From Eledone cirrhosa (lineage: Eukaryota): a DNA stretch of 64,000 nucleotides. This document shows positions 23,773 through 36,985 of the stretch, in pieces. The notes beneath the pieces are model-generated. The model was not told where the DNA came from. It worked only from the letters and a program-made list of their open reading frames with translations, and made no database searches. The translations under genes and the position numbers were made by a program. How positions within the stretch are numbered: the first letter of the stretch is position 1; every line of letters starts with the position of its first letter. The stretch lies in assembly GCA_964016885.1 (NCBI GenBank), contig OZ024755.1, positions 32,426,001 to 32,490,000 on the forward strand, given 5' to 3'.

Positions 23773-24619
23773 GGCTTATATCTCTATATGTATATATATG
23801 AATATGGCTTTTATCAATATATAAGTCTATGTATATATTAACATGTACTAATGATTAGATAAATGTGTGTGTATTTGTGTATGTGTGTATATACATGTGT
23901 GTGTGTATGAATATGAATGTATATATGTATGAGTGTGTGTTTGTGTGTGCATATATGTATGTGTGTGTATGTGTATGTATATATACATAAATGCATATAA
24001 AGATACACTGCAAGATAATTTTTATGTATGTGTTGTATATATATATTTATATCTTTATCATGATATATATATATATATATATATATACATACATATATCA
24101 TGATATATATATATGTATGTATATATATGTATATATATACATATATATATATGTGTGTGTTTCCGTTGAAAATTGAAAAAGTCATAGGAGTGATATATAT
24201 AACGAAGGAAGTGTGGTAAGGAACCAGGTGGACCATAATGCACCTGAGTACTCAATACTTAGGGTAGTAGAGTGGGTAATAGGAAAATGTTCAAGACCCC
24301 GACCACAAAACATCCAGCTCACTCTGTAAAGTGATCATATAGGTGTCACGACAAAGAGCACCCACCACACTGTAAATGTGGTTGGCACTAGGGAGGGCAT
24401 CCAGCTGTAGAAACTCAGCGAGAAAAAGTCCTATATGAGTGAGACGTGGTCACCTGACCCAACTTGCCTCTAACTAGGACAAACCCGTCTGACCCATGTT
24501 AGCATGGAAGATGGACATTAAACCATGATGATGATGATGATGATACATAGATAATTCTTAGACATATGGTGAAATTACCCAGGGACAACAAGAGATTCAT
24601 AAAACAGTAACAACAACAA

Positions 24620-25105
24620 TGGTTTCAGATTTAGGCACAAGGCCAGCAATTTTGAAGAGAGGGGAAAGTCGATTAAATTGACCCCAGTGCATTACGGGTA
24701 CTTTACTATATTGACCCCTAAGGATGAAAGTCGATTAAATTGACCTAGTGCATTATTGGTACTTTATTTTATCGACCCCGTAAGGATGAAAGGCAAAGCT
24801 AACCTCGGTGGGTTTTGAACTCAGAACGCAAAGGGCCATAACTCTGTGCTGCAAACCATGGTGTCTGACACTAACGATACAGCCAATCTACCGCCCTTTA
24901 TGCTAACAATAATAATTGTTTCTACTTTTGGCACATGGCCAGCAATTATTCCAGTGTATTACTGGTACTTTATTTTATCGACCCCGTCAGGATGAAAGGC
25001 AAAGTTAACCGCGGCAGGATTTGAACTCAGAACGCAAAGGGCCATAACTCTATGCTGCAAAGCATGGTGTCTGACCCCCTAATGATACAGCCAATCCATC
25101 ACCCT
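24620..25105 (-). mobile_element. Cluster of SINE-A copies
   Basis: Two near-full copies plus a partial duplication. Confidence 0.8.
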
Positions 25106-25934
25106 TTATACTAACAATAATAATATGTTTACTATACACAAGCCATGTCTAAGTATAGCTGTGTACTGAAATAACCATGCATAGTTTAATTTAATATCTA
25201 AGTAATACCAATATTGGAAAACTTTACAGTATTTCCTAATTCATAACAAAAAACAACAATAACAATGAATGAATTATATGTAATAGACACGGGTGAAGGC
25301 ATTTGTAAATGTACAGTAATTGCTGTTCAATGTGGCATAGCTTTGACTTCGAGGCTAAACGAAGGAAGCAAGATAGCTTTTTAAAAAAAAATTTTTGTCA
25401 CTTTTTGTTTTCACTCCTTATTATATCTAAATAATCTAAAGAATAAAGATTGTCATATGCAGCTGGCTCCAAATGTGATAAAATATGTAAAAAAATATCT
25501 TAGAATTAGTTTGGTCAAAATATCTTTTGGCCCTCCATCAACAGAGAAAATGATTCATTCTTGGCACAATCAGGAAGAAACATTGAAAATGATTATTGGT
25601 GATAAATGCAATTTCCAAGGAAAAAATAAAAAAGAAGCAAAATGGAAAAATCTTGGAAATGAGGGCGAAAAATTTCTGTTTTTAGAATTGTGATCGTTTT
25701 TAAAGCAGAGAAGATTGCAGGTGATAATAATTTATAAGATTTTACAGGTTATACATCATTGTGTTATTGCTTTATGAACTGTGAAAGCCTAATTATGAGA
25801 ACTAAAATGAAAATTGCTCATCAATGAATGCCCAATGAGTTTATGAGGAAAATTTGTACTTTTTACAAGTATATTATTGGGATAAAAATATAAACTCCCC
25901 TTGAATTGTTAAGCCTTCATTACCTTTGTTGATT

Positions 25935-26017
25935 GGTGAAGCGTTTCGCTATTGATCAGCTCAAGGTTTGATCTGTAACGATCTGGCCTGACTCTGGAAT
26001 CAAAAGCTCATCAGACC
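25935..26017 (-). ncRNA. Type I hammerhead ribozyme motif
   Basis: GGT-CTGATGA-GCTTTTGAT...ATCAATAGC-GAAA-CGCT-TC-ACC; short stem I; next to (TA)n. Confidence 0.65.
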
Positions 26018-26040
26018 TCTGCTTTTGTAATGATAGAATG

Positions 26041-26079
<39 letters not shown>

Positions 26080-26397
26080 GAATTGGCACGAAACTTATAG
26101 TACTCATTCACGTGACATTCAACAACCAACCAAATCTTAATACCTCTGGAGTCACTTTTTTCACATAAAACAGGTAGAATTTCCAACACTGATCAGATTA
26201 GAGCAAACATCACGAGTGCTCTATCTCAAAATTATTTTTGAAAAGCATTAGAAATGCGCAACCGGTAAAATATTAAAACTAAAACTGAATACTAACCAAT
26301 ACTTATTACTAATTTTTACTTATTCCTAATTAAACTATTTTTCACTGGGAAAAATTTGTCAGCATTTTCTTTTCCTTTTACTAATATATATATATAT

Positions 26398-26622
26398 ATG
26401 GTGAAGAAGTGCCAGGAAATGCCAGTTGAAGGAAGACGTGGTAGAGGTAGACCACGAAAAACATGGGCGGAGGTGATGAGAACAGACCTCAGATCATTGA
26501 AGCTCACGGTGGAGATGACGAGGGACCGTGACGAGTGGAGAGATGCTGTGCTGAATAAAACCCGTCCCACCTTTGCAAGCAGGGAAAAGCGGACGTAAAA
26601 TGATGATGATGATGATGATGAT
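26398..26622 (+). mobile_element. RTE LINE 3' end, 5'-truncated
   Basis: VEGRRGRGRPRKTWAEVMRTDL...RDRDEWR, then (GAT)n; its last ~40 bp match the SINE-B tail. Confidence 0.85.
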
Positions 26623-26864
26623 ATATATATAAAATTAGAATTAAAATGTTCGCTCCAACATAGTTGTTTTCACTGTAAATGAGGTTGGTGTTAGGAAGGG
26701 CATCCAGCTGTAGAAATCAAGCCAAATCAGTTCCTGTATGAGCAAGGCATGGTCAGCCGACCAGACACTGCCCACAACAGGACAACCCGTCTAACCCATG
26801 CTAGCGTGGAAGAATGGACGTAAAACAGTGATGATGATGATACAAATAAACATACCTATATACA

Positions 26865-27050
26865 TATCTATCTATCTATCTAGGGCAGGTAAAATTCCCA
26901 AGATCCATGGACGAGTTCTCTCCAGCGGTCTCTGTGCCTCATTATCGCTGCCATATCCTGCATCTCCAACAGACCAGTGTCTGTCCTTAGGGCATCAACA
27001 TATGTTAACCTTGGTCTTCCTCTTCTAGTGTGTCCATGTAGGGGCTCCCT
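26865..27050 (-). mobile_element. 5'-truncated copy of the (TAGA)n-tailed LINE
   Basis: Homologous to 16981-17160. Confidence 0.85.
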
Positions 27051-27766
27051 ACATATATATGCCCAATTGCAGCTCTCAAAGATGATGACACATCACTGAG
27101 ATCTCTGGCGATACACAGTAATACAGAAGACCTGACTTCCCACAAGCACAAGCCTAAGCATATATATACAGTATGCCCCACCCCACCCTCCCATACACCG
27201 CCATGAGGACAGGCCAAAGTAAATGCATCCAGTGAAGTGGTCGTGTAGGTGTCATGACAAAAAGCACCCAGTACTCACTGTAAATGTGGTTGGCGCTAGG
27301 AAAAGCATCCAGCCGTAGAAAGCCAGCCAGAAACAGTCCTATGTGAGCGAGACACGGTCACCCGACCCAACTTGCCTCTAAATGGGACAAACGCATCTAA
27401 CCCATGCTAGCATGGAAGATGGACATTAAATGCTAATGATATACACACATAGACTTTACATTATTTGCTCTCCATGAATAGTCTTTTTTGAAATATTAAA
27501 ATTTTATTGTCTTCATTCCAAATTAATAATTATACTATTTTATGAACATCATTGAACTGATTTGGCCAATACAGATCATCACAAATTTCCTCAGACCCTA
27601 GATGTTGTTTAGCTTAGATTAGCTCTAATTGAGTGTATCTATAGTCACAGAAGTTCCAGCCATGACTATCTATCTTACATGAATATAGGATTTCAATTTA
27701 AATCTTCCAACATCTTAGTAATGAAGTAATTAATAATTTTTATAAATTCCTCAAAATTCATCATTA

Positions 27767-27952
27767 AGGTGGATTGGCAGTATCGGTAGAGGGTCGGACG
27801 CCATGCTTTCCAGCATAGTTACGTCCCTTTACGATCTGAGTTCAAATCCCGCCGAGGTTGACTTTGCCTTTCATCCTTACGGGGTCGATAAAATAAAGTA
27901 CCAGTAATGTACTGGGTAATTGCTGGCCTTGTGCCTAAAGTAGAAACAATTA
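27767..27952 (+). mobile_element. SINE family A
   Basis: A-box, B-box, body and tail all present. Confidence 0.85.
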
Positions 27953-28674
27953 ATTAATTGAAATCGTATATTTAATTAGAGATACAGTCACGAAAGGGTT
28001 AAATGATTACACAGAAGCTTCCTTGCTGGTTTAAACTCAGGCATCTAAATATTTATCTTGTTTGTTTGAACAACTGTATGAACGTATGTGTATATACCAC
28101 ATGTAAATAAATATATTTTTCTCTCAATCATGCTGTTTTGCTTCTACAAATACGATTTGCATTCATTTTCACAAAATATTACTGTTCAATGTTTAAACCA
28201 TTTCCAGTAGCAATACTGTCCACTTTATTCATAGTTTTGGAGTCAAACCATGGTAACTTCACTGTGTTTTTATTTTTGAATTGATGCAACTAAAAGTAGT
28301 TTGTCATATTCTACCTGGGGATATGATTAGGGAACTTTCTAGGCTGAGAGTGATAAATTTTGTAATTTAAACTTTATATTAAAACAGGTCATCCACGTTA
28401 AGGTTTTCTCTTCAGTTGACTTATATTATACCACAGCTTATTTAGAAATAGCTTAAGGACCCCTGAATTTGGAATTGTCCTAAAGTGATTTCACTAGCCA
28501 ACCACTTTACACATTAAATACATAGATAAAAATGAAGATGGATTCAGTAAGAAACTAGTTAGACCATTACTCACCAGAGTACTCAATACTTGGCATAGTA
28601 GAGTATGGTTATATGAATGAGTCTGGAACTAGCTGTTGAAATGGCAAGAGCTCAGCCATTGGGGTCCTTACTCA

Positions 28675-28713
<39 letters not shown>

Positions 28714-28830
28714 AAATGAAGTAATTCCGTCGGAAAAGTCCAGGAAAAAAGAGTGCTCTATGTAAGTAACAGAGCGTAATAGTTATGTAATAAATATAGT
28801 TATGTAATAAACAACATTGTTTATTACATA

Positions 28831-28875
<45 letters not shown>

Positions 28876-29251
28876 TTCAGCAATTTTTAGACAACTCAAT
28901 CAGAGAAACGATTGTTAGACTGTAAATAAATTCCCCTTTTTTGTACTGTTGACCATGTTATTCTTCACTTTTTCAATTTTATTACTCCAATATAAACTTA
29001 CATAGGAATACAAGTGAAATCATAAACGCGCCATCTACGTAAACCTCTTGTTGAGTCAAACAACGCCATACGCTAAAACTACCCACAATAAGAAGTATTC
29101 ACAACCTCTAACTGGATTACCTATAACGATAATTTTGTTATCCCTTATATATATGTGTGTGTGTGTGGTTACTAATAACAAGTGTAGAGAATAAAGAAAA
29201 CACAAACAGAGATAGACATTCCCCTCTTCAGTTGTCTGCTGTGGGTTTTGG

Positions 29252-29600
29252 ATCATCATCATCATCATCATTTCATTTTACGTCCACTTTTTCCCTGCTT
29301 GCAAGGGTGGGATGGGAACTGATTCTGGTTTGATTTCTACAGCTGGGTGCCCTTCCTAACACCAACCTCATTTACAGTGAGTGCTGGGTGCTTTTTTGCC
29401 GTGGCACCTCCACGACCACTTTGCAGTGGAATGATAGGGACCCCAGTCCCTACCATCTTCATTTCTACAGCTGAGTAAACTGGAGCAATGTGAAATAAAG
29501 TGTCTTGCTCAAGGAAACAACACATCACCCGGTCTGAGAATTGAACTCACAACCTTTTGATTGCAAGGCCAATGCTCTAACCACTAAGCCATGTGCCTCC
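29252..29600 (-). mobile_element. SINE family B
   Basis: Near-identical to 7555-7901. Confidence 0.85.
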
Positions 29601-30113
29601 TTGTGTGTGCTTATGTACAATTTTTTTCTATGTTAACATAGATTATTAGTCATTGATATACATAACTGTATACCCATGCTAATGACAGTATAATAGTCGT
29701 GAATGGTATAATGGTATAATAGATGTGATTTCAATATACAATCTAAATAGTCTTGTTAAATCAATAGAAATTGGGAGGAAGTTAGATAGCTAACAAATCA
29801 CCTAGATAGTGAATTAAATAGAGGAATATCAATAGATTTAAAGTGAAAAAGAATCTATTATTCAGAGGAAACATTTCTGGTGGGATAAAGGCAACATAGA
29901 GAGGAAAAGATAAATCTTTGTATAGCATTAAACTACTGCTTAATACATTAATGATTTAACTGAGACTAAAGTACCTTCTTATAGTTTGTGATATATTCCA
30001 ACTACAATGGCACCAACTACTTTAAATGTGTAAAATATTAATATTTCATATCTATGAAAACACATTTTGTATACACATGGAAGGTTATCCCTGCCCCTTC
30101 TCTCTGTATATAT

Positions 30114-30149
<36 letters not shown>

Positions 30150-30389
30150 AATTAAAAAGAACAGAAAGATGCAGTAAAAGAGATTTTTAATTCTTTATAC
30201 ACGCCCCGGAATATAGCTAAACTGGAATATACACCTTTTTTCTGCATTTCGTTGAGCACCACTCTGTTGTAAACTGACATTCCACTACACGGTACATAAC
30301 ACTGTGTCCTGGAAAACATTAATGCACTCGTGCATAACCAATTATATATATATAATATAAGATCAAAAGATGGTTAAAGGAGTTCCATG

Positions 30390-30460
30390 TATTTTATTAT
30401 GCGCATTTCAAAAACAAACATCATCATGCAATAATATTTGTGTTTTCATCAGATAAAACA
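30390..30460 (-). ncRNA. Type I hammerhead ribozyme (inverted copy)
   Basis: Reverse complement of 30525-30595. Confidence 0.75.
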
Positions 30461-30524
30461 GGAGAATGTTGATTTAAAACTGCACTATCCACAAGTGTTT
30501 TTTAGCCTTCATATCATGTTCTCC

Positions 30525-30595
30525 TGTTTTATCTGATGAAAACACAAATATTATTGCATGATGATGTTTGTTTTTGAAATGCGCATAATAAAATA
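30525..30595 (+). ncRNA. Type I hammerhead ribozyme
   Basis: TGTTTTAT-CTGATGA-stem II (CAAATATTAT/ATGATGTTTG)-GAAA-TGCGCA-TA-ATAAAATA; palindromic stem III. Confidence 0.8.
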
Positions 30596-30716
30596 CATGG
30601 AACTCCTTTAACCATCTTTTGATCTTATATTATGTATACTCCAGTCCTACAAACTGTAGAGTGCTTCTTATCCGATATCTGCATTGCTTTATTGTACTAC
30701 AATAAAACTCACCTCC

Positions 30717-30751
<35 letters not shown>

Positions 30752-30996
30752 CGCTTTTGAATTTGTTTTGCAAGATTTATTATCTGAAGATGTGTGTTGA
30801 AACAGATATTGTTATACTTTGGGAGGGTCATGTTGCCAATAAAAACACACGCACCTGTTGGGTTTCACTTCAATTTATTATAAATTTCCGGTTGGTTGGT
30901 TAGTTAGATCGATAACCAGAAGGTTATCACACGTCACACACAAAAATAAGATAGTGTAGGACAAAACAAAGGAGACATACACAAAATAAAAACCTA

Positions 30997-31039
30997 GTCA
31001 CTGAGGAGGTCACAGGATGTGTGACGAAAGAGCTTTGAC
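30997..31039 (+). ncRNA. Minimal hammerhead motif inside an inverted-repeat cassette (about 30880-31095)
   Basis: GTCA-CTGAGGA-G-GTCACA(GGATG)TGTGAC-GAAA-GAGC-TT-TGAC. Confidence 0.6.
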
Positions 31040-31088
31040 AATATATAAACAACCTTGCGGTTATTGAACCAACCAACCAACCAACTGG

Positions 31089-31092
<4 letters not shown>

Positions 31093-31146
<54 letters not shown>

Positions 31147-31159
31147 TATATAAATATAA

Positions 31160-31201
<42 letters not shown>

Positions 31202-31262
31202 TATATATAAATATATATATATAAATAAATATATATATATTATATATATTTATATTTATATA

Positions 31263-31320
<58 letters not shown>
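31093..31320. repeat. (TA)n tract with mirror-image interruptions
   Basis: The TAAA interruptions at 31141-31175 recur in reverse complement at about 31233-31268. Confidence 0.85.
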
Positions 31321-31501
31321 TGTTTGTATATATATAAAAAAAATATACAGCTATGTATATCAATGAATTTGTTCATATTACCCACACTACTACACTAGTA
31401 TTGAGTACTCTGGTGAGTAATGATCTAACTGGTTTTTACCGCCTCCATATATATAAATGAAACGTATAGAAAGTATTGTAGCAAGAAGCCAACAGTATTC
31501 C

Positions 31502-31539
<38 letters not shown>

Positions 31540-31619
31540 AATTTTCTCATTCCTTGTATTTTGATCATGCTTTATTTTTATTTATTATTTATTATATTTT
31601 TGTCTTTATTTGTTAATTT

Positions 31620-31932
<313 letters not shown>

Positions 31933-32148
31933 TGAAGGCGTGTGGCTGAGTGGTTAGAGAATTGGATTCGCAATCGTAAGGTTGTGAGTTCGATTCCTGG
32001 ACCAGGTGATGCGTTATGTCCTTGAGCAAGACACTTTATTTCACGTTGCTCCTTCTACCTGGAGTTGCGACCGATAGATAGTATTAGCAATTGGAAAGAC
32101 CAACGGAAACATTGTTCCCTCGGTCTGATTTGACGAAAGTCGATCGTT

Positions 32149-32187
<39 letters not shown>

Positions 32188-32298
32188 ATATATATATATG
32201 TATATCATTATCCTTTTACGTTTGCTTTTCCCTGCTTGCAAGGGTGGGACGGGTCTTATTCAGCACACAGCATCTCTCCACTCGTCACGGTCCTTCGT

Positions 32299-32329
<31 letters not shown>

Positions 32330-32333
<4 letters not shown>

Positions 32334-32500
32334 TGAGATACTACAGGACTAGAACTGTTTCATTCTTTAGAAATCATCATCATCTAAAGAATGAAACAGT
32401 TCTAGTCCTGTAGAATCTCATCTATATTAAAACTTTTATACTCTGCAATGTATTGAGTACCTTACTTACTGTGGTTACCTCCGATTCAACCCGGAATAAC
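32330..32500. mobile_element. Palindromic cassette with HHR 3' half
   Basis: Arms about 32328-32371 and 32384-32427 with GAAACAGTTCTAGTC; tail TATTGAGTACC. Confidence 0.65.
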
Positions 32501-32546
<46 letters not shown>

Positions 32547-32707
32547 TCTTCGAAGAACTTAAGAAAAGATCAGAATAAAAATGAGTGCCTTCACCCTTGG
32601 ACTGATCACGGCGTGGATAATTGCTACTGTAAGTAAACCCCATACAATTTCTAATACAACAACACGTGTGTAAGATCACTACACTTACATGTATGAAGCA
32701 ACCTCAC

Positions 32708-33682
32708 AATAATTGTTTCTACTTTTGGCACAAGGCCAGCAATTACCCCAGTGCATTACTGGTACTTTATTTTATAGACCCCCTTAATAATTGTTTCTAC
32801 TTTTGACACAAGGCCAGCAATTACCCAGTGCATTACTGGTACTTTATTTTATAGACCCCCTTAATAATTGTTTCTACTTTTGACACAAGGCCAGCAATTA
32901 CCCCAGTGCATTACTGGTACTTTATTTTATAGACCCCCGTAATAATTGTTTCTACTTTTGGCACAAGGCCAGCAATTACCCCAGTGCATTACTGGTACTT
33001 TATTTTATAGACCCCCTTAATAATTGTTTCTACTTTTGGCACAAGGCCAGCAATTATCCCAGTGCATTACTGGTACTTTATTTTATAGACCCCCTTAATA
33101 ATTGTTTCTACTTTTGACACAAGGCCAGCAATTACCCCAGTGCATTACTGGTACTTTATTTTATAGACCCCCGTAATAATTGTTTCTACTTTTGGCACAA
33201 GGCCAGCAATTACCCAGTGCATTACTGGTACTTTATTTTATAGACCCCCGTAATAATTGTTTCTACTTTTGGCACAAGGCCAGCAATTACCCCAGTGCAT
33301 TACTGGTACTTTATTTTATAGACACCCTTAATAATTGTTTCTACTTTTGGCACAAGGCCAGCAATTACCCCAGTGCATTACTGGTACTTTATTTTATAGA
33401 CCCCCGTAATAATTGTTTCTACTTTTGACACAAGGCCAGCAATTACCCAGTGCATTACTGGTACTTTATTTTATAGACCCCCGTAATAATTGTTTCTACT
33501 TTTGGCACAAGGCCAGCAATTACCCCAGTGTATTACTGGTACTTTATTTTATAGACCCCGTAAGGATGATAGGCAGCAAAGTTAACCTCGGTGGGATTTG
33601 AACTCAGATCATAAAGGGAGGTAACTCTATGCTTGAAAGCATGGCGCCCGACCCTCTACCGATACTGCCAATCCACCGCCCT
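32708..33682 (-). repeat. 11 tandem copies (77-78 bp) of the SINE-A 3' end, the last continuing into a full SINE head
   Basis: AATAATTGTTTCTACTTTTG...TTTTATAGACCCCC repeated; head at about 33560-33682. Confidence 0.95.
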
Positions 33683-34369
33683 TCTCACAATAATGAAAGT
33701 AACATTGTGGGGTTAATAAATAACACTACTCATATGACGGCTTATAATACTTCTAGTAACTCTATAAATCATAGAACATGTAGTCCCACAAACAACAACA
33801 ACAACAACAACAACAAGTAATAAACATTTATCTACAAGTCACAGAAATAATAAATATTTCAAAAACAATTATGACCAAATATTGCCTTTGAAAAATAAAC
33901 AGTCATAATCGTAATGCGTGAAGATGTTCTCTGGAGATATGGCAAAGTGTATGCATAGAGAATAAAATATCCAATTACATCATTAAATGAAGCGGGAAGA
34001 ATGAATACTTACTATGAAAAAATCAGGAGACTAATTTTCTTTTTAGAATGGTCGAACATTTTCCAGCTACCATATATGGAAAATTATATTATTAGAACTT
34101 TTTGCTAAAAAGTCTAACAGTCTATAAAAGTTTAAAAAGGCCTAGAAATGGCAGAGAACACTTATTTTGATCAACACATATATATTTGATGCTGTAGTTT
34201 ATTTAGAATGTACAAAGGAATCTAATATGATGAAATCCTACCACAAAAACAATAACACATCACTTGATCTAGTTGGAATTATTACTTTAGGACTACATGG
34301 AGTTCTATCAACATTATTGGCCCTACAATAAACCAGTAGATACCACTATATATATATATATATATATAT

Positions 34370-34440
34370 ATGGCTTTCCTGATGATTTCCTTCAAATGAA
34401 ACAGTTCTAGTCCTGTAGAAGCCATTTCTATATTAAATAT
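34370..34440 (+). ncRNA. Degenerate hammerhead motif (same family as 32330-32500)
   Basis: CTGATGA-TTTCCTTCAAAT-GAAAC-AGTTCTA-GTC; stem I offset (ATGGCTT/AAGCCAT). Confidence 0.45.
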
Positions 34441-34449
34441 ATATATATA

Positions 34450-34648
34450 TATAACGAAGGAAGTGTGGTAAGGAACCAGATGGACCAAAACGCACCAGAG
34501 TACTCAATACTTAGGGTAGTAGAGTGGGTAATAGGAAAATGTTTAACCCCGACGGCAGAGCTCAAGCCGTTTTGAAGGCTATTTCTGGACTCCAGAAATA
34601 ACAGTCGAAACGGCTTGAGCTCTGCCGTCGGGGTTAAACATTTTCCTC
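34450..34648. mobile_element. Palindromic pLTR cassette folded at an HHR
   Basis: Arms about 34531-34587 and 34592-34649; GAAAC-GGC-TTGAGCTCT-GCC-GTC is an HHR stem III and cleavage triplet. Confidence 0.7.
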
Positions 34649-35307
34649 TATCTATCTATCTATCTATCATCACCACCACCACCACCCCCATCATCATCAT
34701 CGTCATCGTTATCATCATCATCATCATCATCATTTCATTTTACGTCCAGTTTTTCCCTGCTTGCAAGGGTGGGACGGGAACTGATTCTGGCTTGATTTCT
34801 ACAGCTGGATGCCCTTCCTAACACCACTCTCATTTACAGTGAGTGCTGTTAACCTAATATATTCCTTACATATACTGTACTGATTGTGGTGTTATTTCTG
34901 TTTACCTTTTACATATATATATATATGTAAACCCCCACCCGATCCACACCACCCCGTTCTATGTAAAGTTATGTTGGTGCCGCGCCATCGAGGCCGAAAC
35001 AAATGAGATCGTGTAGGTGTCACGACAAAAAAACACACAGTCCACGCTGTAATGTGGCCGTGTAGGCAACACGGTAAAAACCTCCCAGACCCACACTGTA
35101 AATGTGGTTGGTGTTAGGAAGGGCATCCAACTGTAGAAAACCTGCCAGACAGTCCTATGCGAGCAAGACAATCACTCTTGCCTCAAGTGGGACTACCCCC
35201 GTCCAAACCCATGCAAGCGTGGAACACGGACGTTAAACGTTGATGATGATGATGATGATGATGATATATGTTTTTAAAATCCAACGCCAATAAATACACC
35301 AGGATTT

Positions 35308-35368
35308 TTTCATTCTGATGATTGAAAGCAAAATTTGTTTGCTTTCAAGAAACCACTGGTAAATGAAA
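35308..35368 (+). ncRNA. Type I hammerhead ribozyme, cleanest copy
   Basis: TTTCATT-CTGATGA-TTGAAAGCAAA(ATTTG)TTTGCTTTCAA-GAAA-CC(ACT)GG-TA-AATGAAA; predicted cut after 35361; downstream sequence related to 28715-28835. Confidence 0.88.
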
Positions 35369-35464
35369 TAATTGCCTTATGTTGTTTATTACATAACTAT
35401 TAAGCTCTGTAACCTACATAGAGCACTCTTTTTTCCTGGACCTTTCTGACGGAATTACTTCATT

Positions 35465-35498
<34 letters not shown>

Positions 35499-36149
35499 AT
35501 ATTTTCACAAGTTTGTGTATGTCCATTCTTCTACCTCTATTTTGTTTTTTGTATGTGGTTATAAAGCTATCACTTGCTTCTCCATTCCTCTCCTGTTTAC
35601 CCTCTCTTTTATTCTTTGTTTCTCATCTCTCCTCCTCTACAATTAATCCAGTTTCCTGTCAACTGTCAATCTGTATGGGTTGTTTACAATTAGATATCTG
35701 CTCTAAGTCGAATTAGACAATGCTAACAGTGGCAAATCATTTACATCTTTACTTTACCTTGCAGTTGCATTTCCATTTAAAATCACATCTCTTTCATTTC
35801 CCTTTAACTTAAAATTGTGTGTTTTATTATTTCTTATACAGGCATGATGCCAGAAATTTTCGGAGGAGGGAGCAGTCAATTATATCAATTAGTTTGTACT
35901 TATTTCATTGACCTTGGAAGACATCAATAACATACTAGAAAAGCTCTATTACAATTACAATGTCCACTACACAATTGTTATTTCTGCTTGCTGTCAGCAT
36001 CCACTGTCAGCCTATTTACTTTTCATACTCACACCTTCTGTCTTTTACTATTATCACATTTAACTTTCACTCTTCTTTCTTTTGTCTTTCCTTCCTCCAA
36101 TGCTTTCTATCTCTCACACTCTATCTTTCTCTCATTCTTTCAGTTCACC

Positions 36150-36500
36150 TTAATAATTGTTTCTACTTTTGGCACAAGGCCGGCAATTATACCAGTGTAT
36201 TACTGGTACTTTATTTTATCTACCCCGTAAGGATTGAAAGGCAAAGTTAACCTTGGCGGGATTTGAACTCAGATCGTAAAGGGACGTAACTATGCTGGAA
36301 GGCATGGCGTCCGACCCTCTACCGATACTGCCAATCCACCGCCCTTAATAATTGTTTCTACTTTTGGCACAAGGCCGGCAATTATACCAATGCATTACTG
36401 GTACTTTATTTTATCGACCCCGTAAGGATTGAAAGGCAAAGTTAACCTCGGCGGGATTTGAACTCAGATCGTAAAGGGACGTAACTCTATGCTCCACAGC
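36150..36500 (-). mobile_element. Two tandem SINE-A copies
   Basis: Family motifs present. Confidence 0.85.
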
Positions 36501-36804
36501 ATATATATAACGATATGTAACGATGAAAGGCAAAGTTAAGCTCGGCGGGAAATAATGAAATAATTGGATAGAATAAGGCCATAAATACAACAAAAACATA
36601 AATAAATGATTAAAGGGAGATAAGTCATTCTGTTAGCAGTTCAGTAAATAGGTTTATGCAGCCTTTAGACATCTTCTCTGCATATTTATAATTGTTTCTA
36701 CTTTAGGTACAAGGTCAGCAATTTGAAGGGGAAGGGAAAGTCGATTAAATCGACCCAAGCACATTACTGGTACTTTATTTTTTCAACCCCGTAAGGATGA
36801 AAAT

Positions 36805-36985
36805 TACTGTGCTCAGGTGCACTACAACCCATCAAAGGTGCATGTATAGTACATAGAATAATGTACAAGTGCCAGGGAAGTGAACAGTGTATGAGTCATG
36901 ATATACACAGACACGTGTGGAGGAGGAATATCAGGTGTAGTGTTGGTGAATTTCGGGAAGCATGGAAGTTTTGAAGAATGTAGTG
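36805..36985 (-). mobile_element. CR1-like LINE 3' end
   Basis: Reverse complement matches 16545-16730. Confidence 0.75.

Larger units (their letters stand above)
30352..30720. mobile_element. Palindromic Penelope-like cassette with two HHRs
   Basis: Arms about 30352-30467 and 30518-30633; tail with GAGTGCTT and AATAAA; within (TA)n. Confidence 0.75.
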
